Numbered from the stretch's first letter, positions 29,231-39,390 are shown. The stretch is DNA of 64,000 bases from an uncultured Acidobacteriota bacterium (GCA_963804995.1 CAWDSK010000005.1:768001-832000), one strand, 5' to 3'. Notes: a model not told the origin generated them from the sequence alone. A program made the numbers and translations.

Positions 29231-31147
29231 ATGATAGACATTAACGCCCGCCCGCGCTTGTTGCGGTTCGGTGTTTTCGAAGTTGACCTTCGCACCGGAG
29301 AACTGCGCAAGCAGGGACTGAAGGTCAAGCTGCACGGCCAGCCCTTTCAAGTCCTCGCCCTGCTGCTGGAGCGTCCCGGTGAACTGGTGACCCGCGATGA
29401 AATCCGCGAGAAGCTGTGGCCGGGGGACACGTTCATTGATTTCGAACACAGCGTCAACAGCTCGATCAAAAGGCTGCGCGAGGCCTTAGGGGACGATCCG
29501 GCAGCGCCGCGCTTCATCGAAACCTTGCCCCGGCACGGGTATCGCTTTATCGCCCCGGTGGAGGGAGGGGCAACGCAGGAATTGCCCCCGCCGGCAACCG
29601 CCCCGACGGCGACTCAGGAATCGTCCCCACGAAGACGCTGGGCTGCCGCGGTGGCAGCCGGCTTGGTGGTATCCGTGGTGGCAGTGCTTTTCGCCCTCAA
29701 TGTCGCCGGCCTACGCGAGCGCGTTTTACGGGCTGCAAGGGCGGTTCGCGAACCGCCCCTACAAATCCAATCCATCGCCGTGCTGCCGCTGGAAAACCTC
29801 TCCGGCGATCCCGGACAGGAATACTTCGCCGATGGCATGACCGAGGCGTTGGTCACGGACCTGGGCCAGATCGGCGCCCTGCGGGTGATCTCACGGACTT
29901 CCGTGATGCAGTACAAGGGAACCAAGAAGCCACTACCCCAGATTGCGCGCGAATTGAACGTGGACGCCATCGTGGAAGGCACGGTACAGCGCTCGGGTGA
30001 CCGGGTGCGCATCACCGCCAACCTGCTGCACGCGCCTACCGACCGGCACCTTTGGGCTGCAACCTACGAGCGCGATTTGCACGACGTGCTGACGCTGCAG
30101 GACGAGGTGGCACGCGCCATCGCCGATGAGGTCAAAGCTAAGTTGAGGCCGGATGTCCGGGCGCGCCTGGCCAGCGCCCGCCCGGTCAATCCCGAGGCGT
30201 ATGAAGCCTACCTAAAGGGGAGCACCATTCTGGAAAATTTGACTCTGGAAAGCGGCCGATCGGCCATCAAGTACTTTGAGCAGGCGCTTGAACGAGACCC
30301 CGGTTCCGCGCCCGCCTTCGCCGGCTTGGCCGATGGTTACATCTTCCTGGGTCGGTTCGGCTACCTCCCAGCGAACGAGATGTTCCCAAAGGCGAAGCAG
30401 GCGGCGCGCAAGGCTCTTGCCCTGGATGCGAACTCGGCGGAGGCGTATGCCTCCCTTTGCAGTGTCGCAATCTTCTACGACTGGGACTGGCGGGCAGCAG
30501 AAACGGCGTGCTTGCGAGCGATCGAGCTTAACCCCAGTTACGGCCGTGCTCACCACATGTATTCACACTATCTCATTTCGACGGGTCGGTTTCCTGAGTC
30601 CCTTCACGAGAGTCTGCGTTACCTTGAGCTTGACCCGCTCAGCCCCGCGGCGAAAACGCACCTCGGAACGCATTACAAAATGGCCCGTCAGTACGACCTC
30701 GCCATCGAAGTATTGCGCGGGACCGTCGACCTCGATCCCAACTTCCCGGATGCGTATTTCGAGCTAGCTTCGAGCTACCTTGGAAAGGGAGCGTATCAGG
30801 AGGCTGTTCCTCCAGCGCAAAAGGCCGTGGCGCTCACGGGGGGCAAAGGATACCTTTACTTGGGACTATTGGGGGAAGCGTATGCCATGGTTGGTAGGCG
30901 AACCGAGGCCACCAAAATCCTGGAGGAGATAAAAGGCGTCTGGCGCGGAAGGCTGGTGGACGCTGAGAGCACAGTTCCAGTCCTTATTGCCTTGGGGGAA
31001 AGGGATCGGGCGGTCGAGCGGCTGCAAAGGGCCTTCGAGGAACACGATCAGTTAATTTCCTACCTCAAAGTAGACCCCAAATTCGACAGCCTGCGCTCCG
31101 ACCCACGCTTTCAAGACCTGGTGCGCCGCATGAACTTCCCGCCGTAG
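29231..31147 (+). CDS. CadC/OmpR-type wHTH + TM + TolB-like + TPR transcriptional regulator
   Basis: Motifs LRFGVFEVD..GEL, LREALGD..PRFIETLPRHGYRF, SIAVLPLENLS..QEYFADG, TPR repeats and DPKFDSLRSDPRF. Confidence 0.9.
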   Translation: MIDINARPRLLRFGVFEVDLRTGELRKQGLKVKLHGQPFQVLALLLERPGELVTRDEIREKLWPGDTFIDFEHSVNSSIKRLREALGDDPAAPRFIETLPRHGYRFIAPVEGGATQELPPPATAPTATQESSPRRRWAAAVAAGLVVSVVAVLFALNVAGLRERVLRAARAVREPPLQIQSIAVLPLENLSGDPGQEYFADGMTEALVTDLGQIGALRVISRTSVMQYKGTKKPLPQIARELNVDAIVEGTVQRSGDRVRITANLLHAPTDRHLWAATYERDLHDVLTLQDEVARAIADEVKAKLRPDVRARLASARPVNPEAYEAYLKGSTILENLTLESGRSAIKYFEQALERDPGSAPAFAGLADGYIFLGRFGYLPANEMFPKAKQAARKALALDANSAEAYASLCSVAIFYDWDWRAAETACLRAIELNPSYGRAHHMYSHYLISTGRFPESLHESLRYLELDPLSPAAKTHLGTHYKMARQYDLAIEVLRGTVDLDPNFPDAYFELASSYLGKGAYQEAVPPAQKAVALTGGKGYLYLGLLGEAYAMVGRRTEATKILEEIKGVWRGRLVDAESTVPVLIALGERDRAVERLQRAFEEHDQLISYLKVDPKFDSLRSDPRFQDLVRRMNFPP

Positions 31148-31289
31148 GGCCGCCGTCTTGGCGGCTGCGCTCCATGTGGCGCAGAGCGGTAGAGCCGCTA
31201 GCAACGAGCCTCGTTGGGGCAGGCCTCGCCCTGCGGCACAGAGCCTTCGGGCGACGGGTCGTGCCTGCCCTCCCCCGTCGGCGTGGCCG

Positions 31290-31800
31290 ACTTCAGGGCG
31301 CCCACAAGGGGTGCCCCTACGAGACGTGCCATGGGCATCTTGCCCATGCCGGGTCACGGGCAGGATGCCCGATGGATCGGGGCAGGATGCCCGCGCCACA
31401 AAACAGCGTGGCGCCGCATCGAGTTGCGGCGAGGGAAAGCGGCGACGAGTCGCCGCACTCCAAAGCGGGCTGCGCCCACAAAAAGCGGTCGTGCCATGGG
31501 CATCCCGATAAAGACCATCGGGACAGGTCTTGCCCATGCCGGGTCACGGGCAGGAGAAGCTGTGAAAAAATCCCACCAAACCTTTCACCGCGGAGACGCG
31601 GAGGCGCAGAGGTTTGAAAACAAAGGGTGATTTCTCTGCGTCTCAGCGTCTCAGCGGTGAAAATGGTATTTTTTCACACCTTCGGATGCCCGCGCCACAA
31701 AACAGCGTGGCGCCGCATCGAGTTGCGGCGAGGGAAAGCGGCGACGAGTCGCCGCACTCCAAAGCGGGCTGCGCCCACAAAAGCCGCAGGGCTGGCACCT
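31290..31800. repeat. Cluster of several REP families including a 99-bp exact direct repeat
   Basis: 31385-31483 is identical to 31684-31782. GTGCCATGGGCATCTTGCCCATG, TTGGAGTGCGGCGA and GTAGGGGCACCCC types are present. Confidence 0.85.
31556..31683 (+). mobile_element. 128-bp MITE, copy 1
   Basis: 16-bp TIRs GAAG(C/G)TGTGAAAAAAT and a 3-bp TSD GGA. A second copy lies at 62697-62824. Confidence 0.85.
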
Positions 31801-31898
31801 GTCGCCAGCGCGCGTCTTTTCCCCGCCGTGACACGGGAAAGGCAGGGGTTAGGGAGTGGGGATTAGGGATTAGGGGAATTCGACCTTCCCCCAACCAA

Positions 31899-32229
31899 CC
31901 CCCGTCGCAGACACACACTCCCCCGTATCGCTTATCGGTGGTGTCGGATGAGAAGATGAATCAAACGCTGGCTTCGAAAATCGGAAATCACCAATCGCAA
32001 ATCACAAATTGCCCGATCCCCACCCCCGCCGTGACACACTCCCCCAAATCGGTTATCGGCAAGTTTATGCCGGAACTTGAGCCCAATTCGCCGATCGGAG
32101 GCTGGCAGGGATGTGCTGTTCCGATCGTTCGATCGCCCGATCTCCGGATCAATCGATCTCCCGATCGCTATCCCCCGCCGTGACACACTCGCCCGTATCG
32201 GTTATCGGCATGATCGACGCCCAGGATGA
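31899..32229 (-). promoter_or_regulatory. Three tandem sigma28-like promoter + conserved leader units (candidate sRNA array)
   Basis: TCAW-N16-RCCGATAA at 31959-31932, 32080-32053 and 32229-32202. Each is followed by SCGATWYGGGSGAGTGTGT...CGGGGG. Confidence 0.55.
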
Positions 32230-32280
32230 GCCAGATTGAGGGAACAGGCTGGCTGTGCGCCAGCTCCCCGGACCTCGGGT

Positions 32281-33306
32281 TTAAGTTAGCTGTGCATCCT
32301 TCAGCATTCGCCGGAGGGTTTTGAGGTCGCGGCGCATGGCTGACAAGACTTGTGACTTGTCGATGCTCAGGGTGCGTTTGCCTTCATCCGCACCGCCCAA
32401 AGGATATTCAAATTGTAACTGGACGGGTCCGGAGAATTTGGCTTCTTTCAGCAGGGTGAAGTAGGACTTGAAATGGACCATGCCTTCGCCCAGCGGGCAA
32501 AACTGCGGCCCCCACCGTCCCCTGGCGTCCTTCGCCCAGATGCAATCCTTGATCGACGTTCCCCGGATATAGCCGAGTTCGCCCAGCAGGCGCACATAAT
32601 TGATCCAACCTCCCACGCCTCCTTCGAGGACCGCTTGGGCGATGTCAAGATTGGAACTAATCCATTTCGGGTCGGAGTCCTTGATGATCAACCAAAGGTC
32701 CCAGAGGGAACAGCCCACCGACGACCCGTGATGATTGTGATACATCGCGCACATGCCGTACTTCTGGTTGAGCGCCTCCAGCGTTTTGACCCGCGCCTTA
32801 AGCTCGGCGAGCCGATCCACCAGCGTCTTCCCCCCGGGGAGGAACAAGCCCCGGCCTTCTTCGGTCCGCTCCGACGACGGCAAATCCGTCCAGTAGAACC
32901 AACCCCACCGGTAATGATGAATGCCCAAGGCACTCGCGGCTCGCAACATGTCTTCCGCATGAGGGGAATTTGCGTCCGCGATCTCCGCCGTGATCATCGG
33001 TACGTCCAGACCCGCCTTGCGCACGATTTCAACGACTTTGGGCAAGTCCTCTTTCACGCGTGCCGGCTCAACATGTCCACCTTTGCGCACCGTCAGGTCA
33101 ACCCCGTCAAACCCCAGGTCCGCGGCGGTTTTGGCCATCTCCTCCCCTTCGAGAAATTGCAGGTGCTTGGAAAAGATGCAGACCGGGATGGGCTTGTCGG
33201 TGGCCGGCGCGGCGGCGCGCAGTCCGGGCAGGCCAGCTATGACTCCGGCGCCACCCAAGCCGGCAAGAAACGCTCGGCGTGATAAATCGTCATTGAGCTT
33301 TTCCAT
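32281..33306 (-). CDS. Sugar phosphate isomerase/epimerase (xylose-isomerase-like TIM barrel) with Tat signal
   Basis: Motifs SRRAFL, IFSKHLQ, DLTVRKGGHV, YHNH, IKD, PLGEG and QFEY. Confidence 0.88.
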   Translation of the reverse strand: MEKLNDDLSRRAFLAGLGGAGVIAGLPGLRAAAPATDKPIPVCIFSKHLQFLEGEEMAKTAADLGFDGVDLTVRKGGHVEPARVKEDLPKVVEIVRKAGLDVPMITAEIADANSPHAEDMLRAASALGIHHYRWGWFYWTDLPSSERTEEGRGLFLPGGKTLVDRLAELKARVKTLEALNQKYGMCAMYHNHHGSSVGCSLWDLWLIIKDSDPKWISSNLDIAQAVLEGGVGGWINYVRLLGELGYIRGTSIKDCIWAKDARGRWGPQFCPLGEGMVHFKSYFTLLKEAKFSGPVQLQFEYPLGGADEGKRTLSIDKSQVLSAMRRDLKTLRRMLKDAQLT

Positions 33307-33520
33307 CGTTAAGGCAACCTCCAGAGAATTTTGATGTGCGCGCGGGGCCTTTTAAATTGGTCGCGGGCGAGAACGCTCACCGGCCTCCTTTGTCGGCCAC
33401 CTTCTTCCGCCACGGTGGCCCCCCCCCACCAACGAAACCGGCGTCGCCTTCACGCGTTTTGGTTGCGGCACCGCCGCGCTGCGCTGCTTGCTCAACTTCG
33501 CGAGATAAAAATTGAAATCA

Positions 33521-33662
33521 TAGCCCTCTCCGAGGGGAGAGGGTGGACCGCGGCCGGCGTTTTCACCAGTCGGCGCGGGACGGGCCTACGCCCACCGAAG
33601 GGGCGCTTGGGAACTGTGAACGACCTCGGCTTCGGCCCGCAGGCGGGTGAGGGGTTACTTCG
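33521..33662 (+). repeat. CCCTCTCCC-family REP containing a 59-bp insertion
   Basis: Matches the copies at 23324 and 61956, except for insert 33585-33643 flanked by duplicated CGGG. Confidence 0.75.
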
Positions 33663-33802
33663 CCTGCAAGCCCGCGACTTTATGTCGTCATGGGACATGT
33701 CCCACTTGTTGCTCTCCGCGGGGCGTAGCGGGCGTTGTCCCACCAACTTTCCCAACTTCATGCGTTTTTTTCCTATGACTTTTCGCTTGAGGTTCTGTCG
33801 CC

Positions 33803-35158
33803 CTACACTTTTTCCGGCACCACCCAGGGTTCACGATAAACTCGCTTCAGGTAGCCATTGGCTTCTTGATCGTTGGTAAAGGTCCCCGCGCTCGCATCAA
33901 AATCCAGCTTGCGATTTCCCACGCGATAAGAGATGTTCCCCAAATGACAGATCGCCGATGAAACGAAGCCGATCTCAATATCGGCGTTGGGCCGTTTGCG
34001 GCTGCGGATGCATTCCACAAAATTCGCCACGTGCGCTTGCTGCATCTGCAAATGGGTTTGCTTATCCTGCGCGATCTCCTGGCCGTCCGCGTCAAAGAGT
34101 TGCCATCCTCCGCCGTGCCGCCCCAGCAGCATCATGCCCTTGGTCCCGTAGAGTTGCACCACGGAATCGTTGAACGGAAACCAGTCGGGGTACAGGCTCT
34201 GGCTCTGGCGGATGAACTCTGGAGTCTTCTTCATGTAGGGCGCCCACCAGGACTGTTCCAGAACCAGCGTCATCCCGTCATATTCGTAAGTCACCAGTGA
34301 CTGATCCGGGACTTCCGCGTCATCGTGGAAGGAAAGATTTCCTCCGGCGTGGTGGACCGACTTGGGATACTCCTTGCCATAAACCATGCGCGCCAGATCC
34401 AACTGATGAATCGCGTCATCTTCAATCAGCCCGCCACTGAAATCCCAAAAATAAACCCAATCCTCAAACCACGACTTGCTATACGGACGTTGCGAGGCGG
34501 GCCCCAGCCACATATCCCAATTCATCCCTTCCGGAGTGGGTGCGTCTGGTGACTTCTGAAAACGCGGCCGGCAAAACATATTGAAGACCCGGACCAGATG
34601 CAGATCACCAAGCTTGCCCGATTGGACAAGCTCGCGCGCACTCTTGCCGTAAGAGCTGCTGCGATTCTGGGTGCCGAGTTGCACCACGCGGTTATACTTG
34701 CGTGCCGCTTCCACCATCTTCCGGCCTTCCCAGATGTTGTGGCACGCCGGTTTTTCGACGTATACATCCTTGCCGGCCTGACACCCTAAAATCGTAACCA
34801 GGCCATGCCAGTGATGGGGAGTGGCGGTGTAAACGGCATCGACGTGATGGTCATCCAGAATGGTTCGAAAGTCTCCAACCTCCTTGGGTCTCTTGCCCGA
34901 AACCTTCTCCACAGCCTGGGCGCCTCTCGCACAGCGACCAGGATGGACGTCGCACACGTAGGCGACTTCCACGTCCGGCCTTTCAGCATACAGTCCGGAG
35001 ACATAGGTCCCCCGGCCGCCGAGTCCAATTATCCCGATCACGACTTTGTCATTCGGGGCTGCAGCCTTCGCGGGGGATCCCAACCCCGACATGGCCACCG
35101 TCGCACCGATTCCACCTTGAACCGTACGCTCTAAGAATCGCCGCCTATTGGTTTTCAT
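33803..35158 (-). CDS. Gfo/Idh/MocA oxidoreductase with Tat signal
   Basis: Motifs NRRRFL, IGLGGRG, ATPHHWH, DVYVEKP, QLGTQNRS and WDMWLGPA. Confidence 0.92.
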   Translation of the reverse strand: MKTNRRRFLERTVQGGIGATVAMSGLGSPAKAAAPNDKVVIGIIGLGGRGTYVSGLYAERPDVEVAYVCDVHPGRCARGAQAVEKVSGKRPKEVGDFRTILDDHHVDAVYTATPHHWHGLVTILGCQAGKDVYVEKPACHNIWEGRKMVEAARKYNRVVQLGTQNRSSSYGKSARELVQSGKLGDLHLVRVFNMFCRPRFQKSPDAPTPEGMNWDMWLGPASQRPYSKSWFEDWVYFWDFSGGLIEDDAIHQLDLARMVYGKEYPKSVHHAGGNLSFHDDAEVPDQSLVTYEYDGMTLVLEQSWWAPYMKKTPEFIRQSQSLYPDWFPFNDSVVQLYGTKGMMLLGRHGGGWQLFDADGQEIAQDKQTHLQMQQAHVANFVECIRSRKRPNADIEIGFVSSAICHLGNISYRVGNRKLDFDASAGTFTNDQEANGYLKRVYREPWVVPEKV

Positions 35159-35269
35159 GGCACGCCTCTCTTTGTCTGTAGATCTTTTTCTGAGCGCTAA
35201 CTCAGCTCGACTCTCTCGGGTTTTTAAGAATGGCTCTTCAAAGCAAAATGATTCCGGCGCCCGCTCCTG

Positions 35270-36247
35270 TCACGCCCCTTCATACGCTTCGTGCATCAGC
35301 GCTTTCAGAGTGTTGAGATTCTGCTTGGCAGCGGACATAGTTTCGTCACATTTATCTCGCGACAACGCTATTCCCTGATCGTCCATCACGCCCGGAATCT
35401 CGTACTCGATGTGCAGGGAGATGGGGCCGTGGTAGTCCGCCGCCGCAAGCATCTTCAGGTATTCCTGGTAATGGCACGTCCCTTGGCCCAGGGGACGGCC
35501 CGTTTCAACCCAACCTTTGGTTTCCGTCTTCTCCCAAACGAAATCCTTGACCCCCACGATCTTCAAGCGCGGCATGACCAGATTCGCGGCGATTTTCCAG
35601 CCTCCCGAGGTGCCTTCAATGGTGGCGTTCTCCAGATCAAAATAATACCCGGCCCACTTCGGATCCAAGGTGTCCATGATGCGCGACATATCCCAGACCT
35701 GCGCCCCAATGTACTGGTCATGATTATGGTATCCGACTTGAACCCCACACTTTTGTGCCAGAGCCACCAGCTTGCGGAATTGGTCGCCCGATTCCTCGAG
35801 TTCCTTGCGCACGTCGACGCCCTTGTAATGGTAGTAGCCTGGCTTCATGTAGGGAATAGAGAGCTTGCCGGCGGCACGGAGGATGGACTCGGCGGCGGGA
35901 TTGTCGGCGCTGGTCAGCGCCGTGGTGATCATCGGAACTTCCAAGCCTTCGGCGCGGATGGCTGCGACCGCTTTGGGCAAGTCCTCCGTGGCGCGCTGCG
36001 GCGACACGTGTCCACCCTCGCGGACGGTCAGATCGATTGCCGTGAAGCCGGCACGCTTGGTGCTTTGCGCCAGTTCTTGCCAATTCAACTGCGGGACGGG
36101 TTTCGAGAAAAAGCAATAGGCGCCGCGGAACGGCCCTATAGCAGGTGGATGTGCCACGGCTCTCGAAGCAAGGGGAATCGCGCCCGCAGCCCATGCCGCT
36201 GCGGACGATACTTGCAAGAACTTACGCCGGGATAACGATCCCCTCAT
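35270..36247 (-). CDS. Sugar phosphate isomerase/epimerase (TIM barrel) with Tat signal; paralog of 32281-33306
   Basis: Motifs SRRKFL, FFSKP, DLTVREGGHV, YHNH, VKD, PLGQG and LHIEY. Confidence 0.88.
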   Translation of the reverse strand: MRGSLSRRKFLQVSSAAAWAAGAIPLASRAVAHPPAIGPFRGAYCFFSKPVPQLNWQELAQSTKRAGFTAIDLTVREGGHVSPQRATEDLPKAVAAIRAEGLEVPMITTALTSADNPAAESILRAAGKLSIPYMKPGYYHYKGVDVRKELEESGDQFRKLVALAQKCGVQVGYHNHDQYIGAQVWDMSRIMDTLDPKWAGYYFDLENATIEGTSGGWKIAANLVMPRLKIVGVKDFVWEKTETKGWVETGRPLGQGTCHYQEYLKMLAAADYHGPISLHIEYEIPGVMDDQGIALSRDKCDETMSAAKQNLNTLKALMHEAYEGA

Positions 36248-36496
36248 GAAGTGCTCCTTCTTTGCCGAGTACCTGCCGACTTCCCAAGTGTGTCGGGAGA
36301 AATTCCAGTCGGCGCTACAAGTACGAATATCTCTGACACACTACGTTAAGACAGGTATGAGGTTGTTCGCTGCCCAAAAATAGTAATGCCCCAAGCCAAG
36401 GTTGACCGCACTAAATTACGCAAGGATTAGCTCGTTGTCCAGAGGCAGTTGTGTCCACCACCTCTTATGCTTCCTCCTTCCTTCGGTCGTTGTGAG

Positions 36497-36522
36497 GTGG
36501 GGAGGGCCACAGCCCTCCCCAC
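36497..36522. terminator. GC-rich hairpin just after the Gfo gene stop
   Basis: GTGGGGAGGGC-caca-GCCCTCCCCAC forms an 11-bp perfect stem. There is no U-tract. Confidence 0.4.
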
Positions 36523-36532
36523 ACCAGTCGCC

Positions 36533-37856
36533 TCAGACCTTGGGTAAGGCGTAAGGCTTGCGATACTCCTTGGTCAGATAGGCGTTGGCCTTCGCATCAT
36601 TCGGGAAGGTTTCCGTCTTGGGATCGAAGACAACGTCCCGGCGCAAATGACAAGCGATGTTTCCCAGGTGGCTGAGCGTGGATGCGAGCCGGCCGGTTTC
36701 GACATCCGCATTGGGTGTTTGGCGGCTTTTGATGCAGTCGATAAAATTCTTCTCGTGCTGGCCGTCTTCGCTTACCCCCGGGCTTTCGACGCTGGGCCCC
36801 TTGCTCCCGTCCTTGTTATAAACCTGCCAACTGCCTACGTACCCCAGGCCGTGGATCATCAGACTGGCGTCGCTACCGTGGAAACCAATGCCTTCCGATA
36901 TTCCATCAAGGGGGTGATGCTCGGCAAAGCTGCGGAGCTCCCATGTGAGCATGAAGTCGCCATATTCGTAGGTCACGACTTGGGTGTCAGGGACCTCCTT
37001 CGCGTCTTTCAGCCAGTAGATGCCAGCATTGCCGGAAACACGGGTGGGAAGGCAGTTATCCAAACCCCGCAGCGCCTGGACACCCCACAGCGCCACATCG
37101 AGCATGTGGACACCCTGATTGCCCAGTTCAGTGTTTCCGTAATCCCAGAAGAACCGCCACGTGTAGTGGAAGCGGTTGATGTTGAAGGGACGCTTGGGCG
37201 CTCCCCCCAACCAGAACGTCGTAGTCTACCGTGGGGGGCGGATCGCTGTCGGGGGGATTTCCGATGCTCTCCCGCCGTTGGCACTCCCAGGTAGTGATCT
37301 CACAGAGTTTCCCCAGCTTCCCGGATTTGACATACTCAATCCCGCTTCGAATATTCTCCGCACTCCGGCTCTGCAATCCCACCTGGACGATCCGCTTGTA
37401 CTTGCGCGCGGCATCGCGAATTAGGTGCCCCTCCTGAATGGTTTGCGACAGCGGTTTTTCGATGTATACATCCTTACCTGCCTGGCAGGCCAGCAGCGTT
37501 ATGGCCGTGTGCCAGTGATCGGGCGTGGCGACAATGACACCGTCAATGTCCTTATCGTCCAGCAACCGCCGGAACTCCTTGGTGGTTCCCGGCGCTTTGC
37601 CCTGGGCCTTCTCCAGATCCGGATTGACCTTGTCGAGAATGGCCTGATCAAGATCGCAGAACGTCTTGATCTCAGCTCCCCGCTGGATTGCGCGCAGCGT
37701 GTCACCACGGCCTTGATTACGGCCGCCGATGAGACCCAGCACCACCTTCTCGTTGGCTCCCATGGCCCGCGGGTTCCAGTTCAGGAATCCCCCCGTGGCC
37801 AACGCTGAAGCCGCTCCCAACTTCTTCACAAACGACCTGCGAGTTTCCTTTTCCAT
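36533..37856 (-). CDS. Gfo/Idh/MocA oxidoreductase with Tat signal (+1 frameshift at ~37215, probable sequence error)
   Basis: Starts MEKETRRSF. Removing one T restores VDYDVWLG.APKRPF, as in the paralog at 38068-39390. Confidence 0.85.
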
Positions 37857-38067
37857 ATGATGCCTCCTTGAGGTCTCGATATGATGCAGCCGGCGGGCGT
37901 ACTTCAGGCGGGGTCTGCGGAGAAGAATGGGAATGGAAACGTCCTGCCACAACCCACACCGCATCTCGTCGGCTCAACAGGTAAGAACAACATTTGGGGC
38001 CGTCCCCTCGCGAGTGCCGCAGAGGCGGGCGGGAGGACGACCCCGATGAGAGCAGGTGAACTTACGC

Positions 38068-39390
38068 CTAGACCTTGGGCAAGCCGTAGGGCTCACGATG
38101 CTTTTTAGTCAGGTAGGCGTTCGCCTCCTTGTCGTGCCCAAAGGTCTCGGTCTTGGGATCGAAGGTAATATCCCGCTTCAGGTGCGTACAGATATTTCCC
38201 AAATGGCAAATTGTGGTCGCGAGGCGCCCGAGCTCCACGTCCGCGTGGGGTGTCTGGCGGCTCTTGATACACTCGATGAAATTCAGCTCGTGCCGGCCGT
38301 CCTCGGAATTGTCCTCGGGCGACGTGGAAGGCCCCGGACTGCCGTCTTTGTAAGTGACGCTCCAACTTCCTTCGAAGCCTTCGCCGTGAATCATCAGCGT
38401 TCCGTCGGTGCCGATGAAGCCGATCCCTTCCTCACTGGTATCGATGGGATGGTGCTTGGCAAAGCTGCGCAGCTCCCAAGTGAACACGAAGTCGGGATAC
38501 TGGTAGGTGAGGATTTGCGTGTCGGGGACTTCCTTCGCATCGTTGAGCCAGTAGATCCCGAAGCTTCCAGAGACATGGGTGGGTAGGCAGTTTTCGACCC
38601 CTTTCAAGGTCTGAATGCCCCAGAGCGCAACATCAATCATATGGACGCCCTGGTTTCCCAGTTCCGTGTTTCCGTAATCCCAGAAGAAGCGCCACTTGTA
38701 ATGGAAGCGATTTTCGTTGAAGGGCCGCTTGGGGGCGGGCCCCAACCACACATCGTAGTCCACCGTCGGGGGCGGGTCCGAGTCGGGCGGATTGCCAATT
38801 GTCTCGCGCACCTGGCATTCCCAGGTCGTGACCTCGCAGATTTTTCCCAGCTTGCCGGTTTTCAAAAACTCAATGGCGCTTTGAAAGTTCCTGCCGCTGC
38901 GATTCTGCGTGCCCACCTGGGCAATCCGCTTGTACTTGCGCGCCGCGTCACGAACCATCTGCCCATCGTGAATGCATTGGGTGAGCGGCTTCTCGATGTA
39001 GATATCCTTACCCGCCTGGCAGGCCATGATTCCGATGCGGGCGTGCCAGTGGTCCGGAACAGCGATAATGACGCCATCAATGTCCTTGTCGTCCAGCAGC
39101 CGCTGGAACTCCTTCGTCGTGCCCGGGGCCTTACCCTGGGCCTTTTCCAGTAGCGGATTGATTTTGTCGAGGATGGCCTGGTCAAGATCACAGAAGGTCT
39201 TGATTTCCGCCCCTCGCCCGATGGCCAGCAGGGCATCGTTGCGGCCCTGATTGCGTCCACCGATCAGACCCAGCACCACCTTCTCATTGGCTCCCATGGC
39301 GCGCGGGTTCAAATTCAGAAATCCCCCCGTTCCCAACGCCGAAGCCACTCCCATTTTCTTAATGAACGATCTACGTGTTTCCTTCTCCAT
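38068..39390 (-). CDS. Gfo/Idh/MocA oxidoreductase with Tat signal (tandem paralog)
   Basis: Motifs TRRSF, PDHWH, DIYIEKP, QVGTQNRS and WLGPAP. Confidence 0.92.
   Translation of the reverse strand: MEKETRRSFIKKMGVASALGTGGFLNLNPRAMGANEKVVLGLIGGRNQGRNDALLAIGRGAEIKTFCDLDQAILDKINPLLEKAQGKAPGTTKEFQRLLDDKDIDGVIIAVPDHWHARIGIMACQAGKDIYIEKPLTQCIHDGQMVRDAARKYKRIAQVGTQNRSGRNFQSAIEFLKTGKLGKICEVTTWECQVRETIGNPPDSDPPPTVDYDVWLGPAPKRPFNENRFHYKWRFFWDYGNTELGNQGVHMIDVALWGIQTLKGVENCLPTHVSGSFGIYWLNDAKEVPDTQILTYQYPDFVFTWELRSFAKHHPIDTSEEGIGFIGTDGTLMIHGEGFEGSWSVTYKDGSPGPSTSPEDNSEDGRHELNFIECIKSRQTPHADVELGRLATTICHLGNICTHLKRDITFDPKTETFGHDKEANAYLTKKHREPYGLPKV

Noticed and set aside
31052..32186. Several overlapping 76-189-aa ORFs
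   Set aside because: They translate REP, MITE and low-complexity DNA and have no RBS or protein-like composition.
31821..32229. CRISPR array interpretation of the repeated units
   Set aside because: There are only three degenerate repeats, the spacers are long, unequal and low-complexity, and no cas genes are present.
36533..39390. Diversity-generating retroelement TR/VR pair
   Set aside because: The similarity covers whole paralogous genes, I saw no adenine-specific pattern in the differences, and there is no reverse transcriptase.
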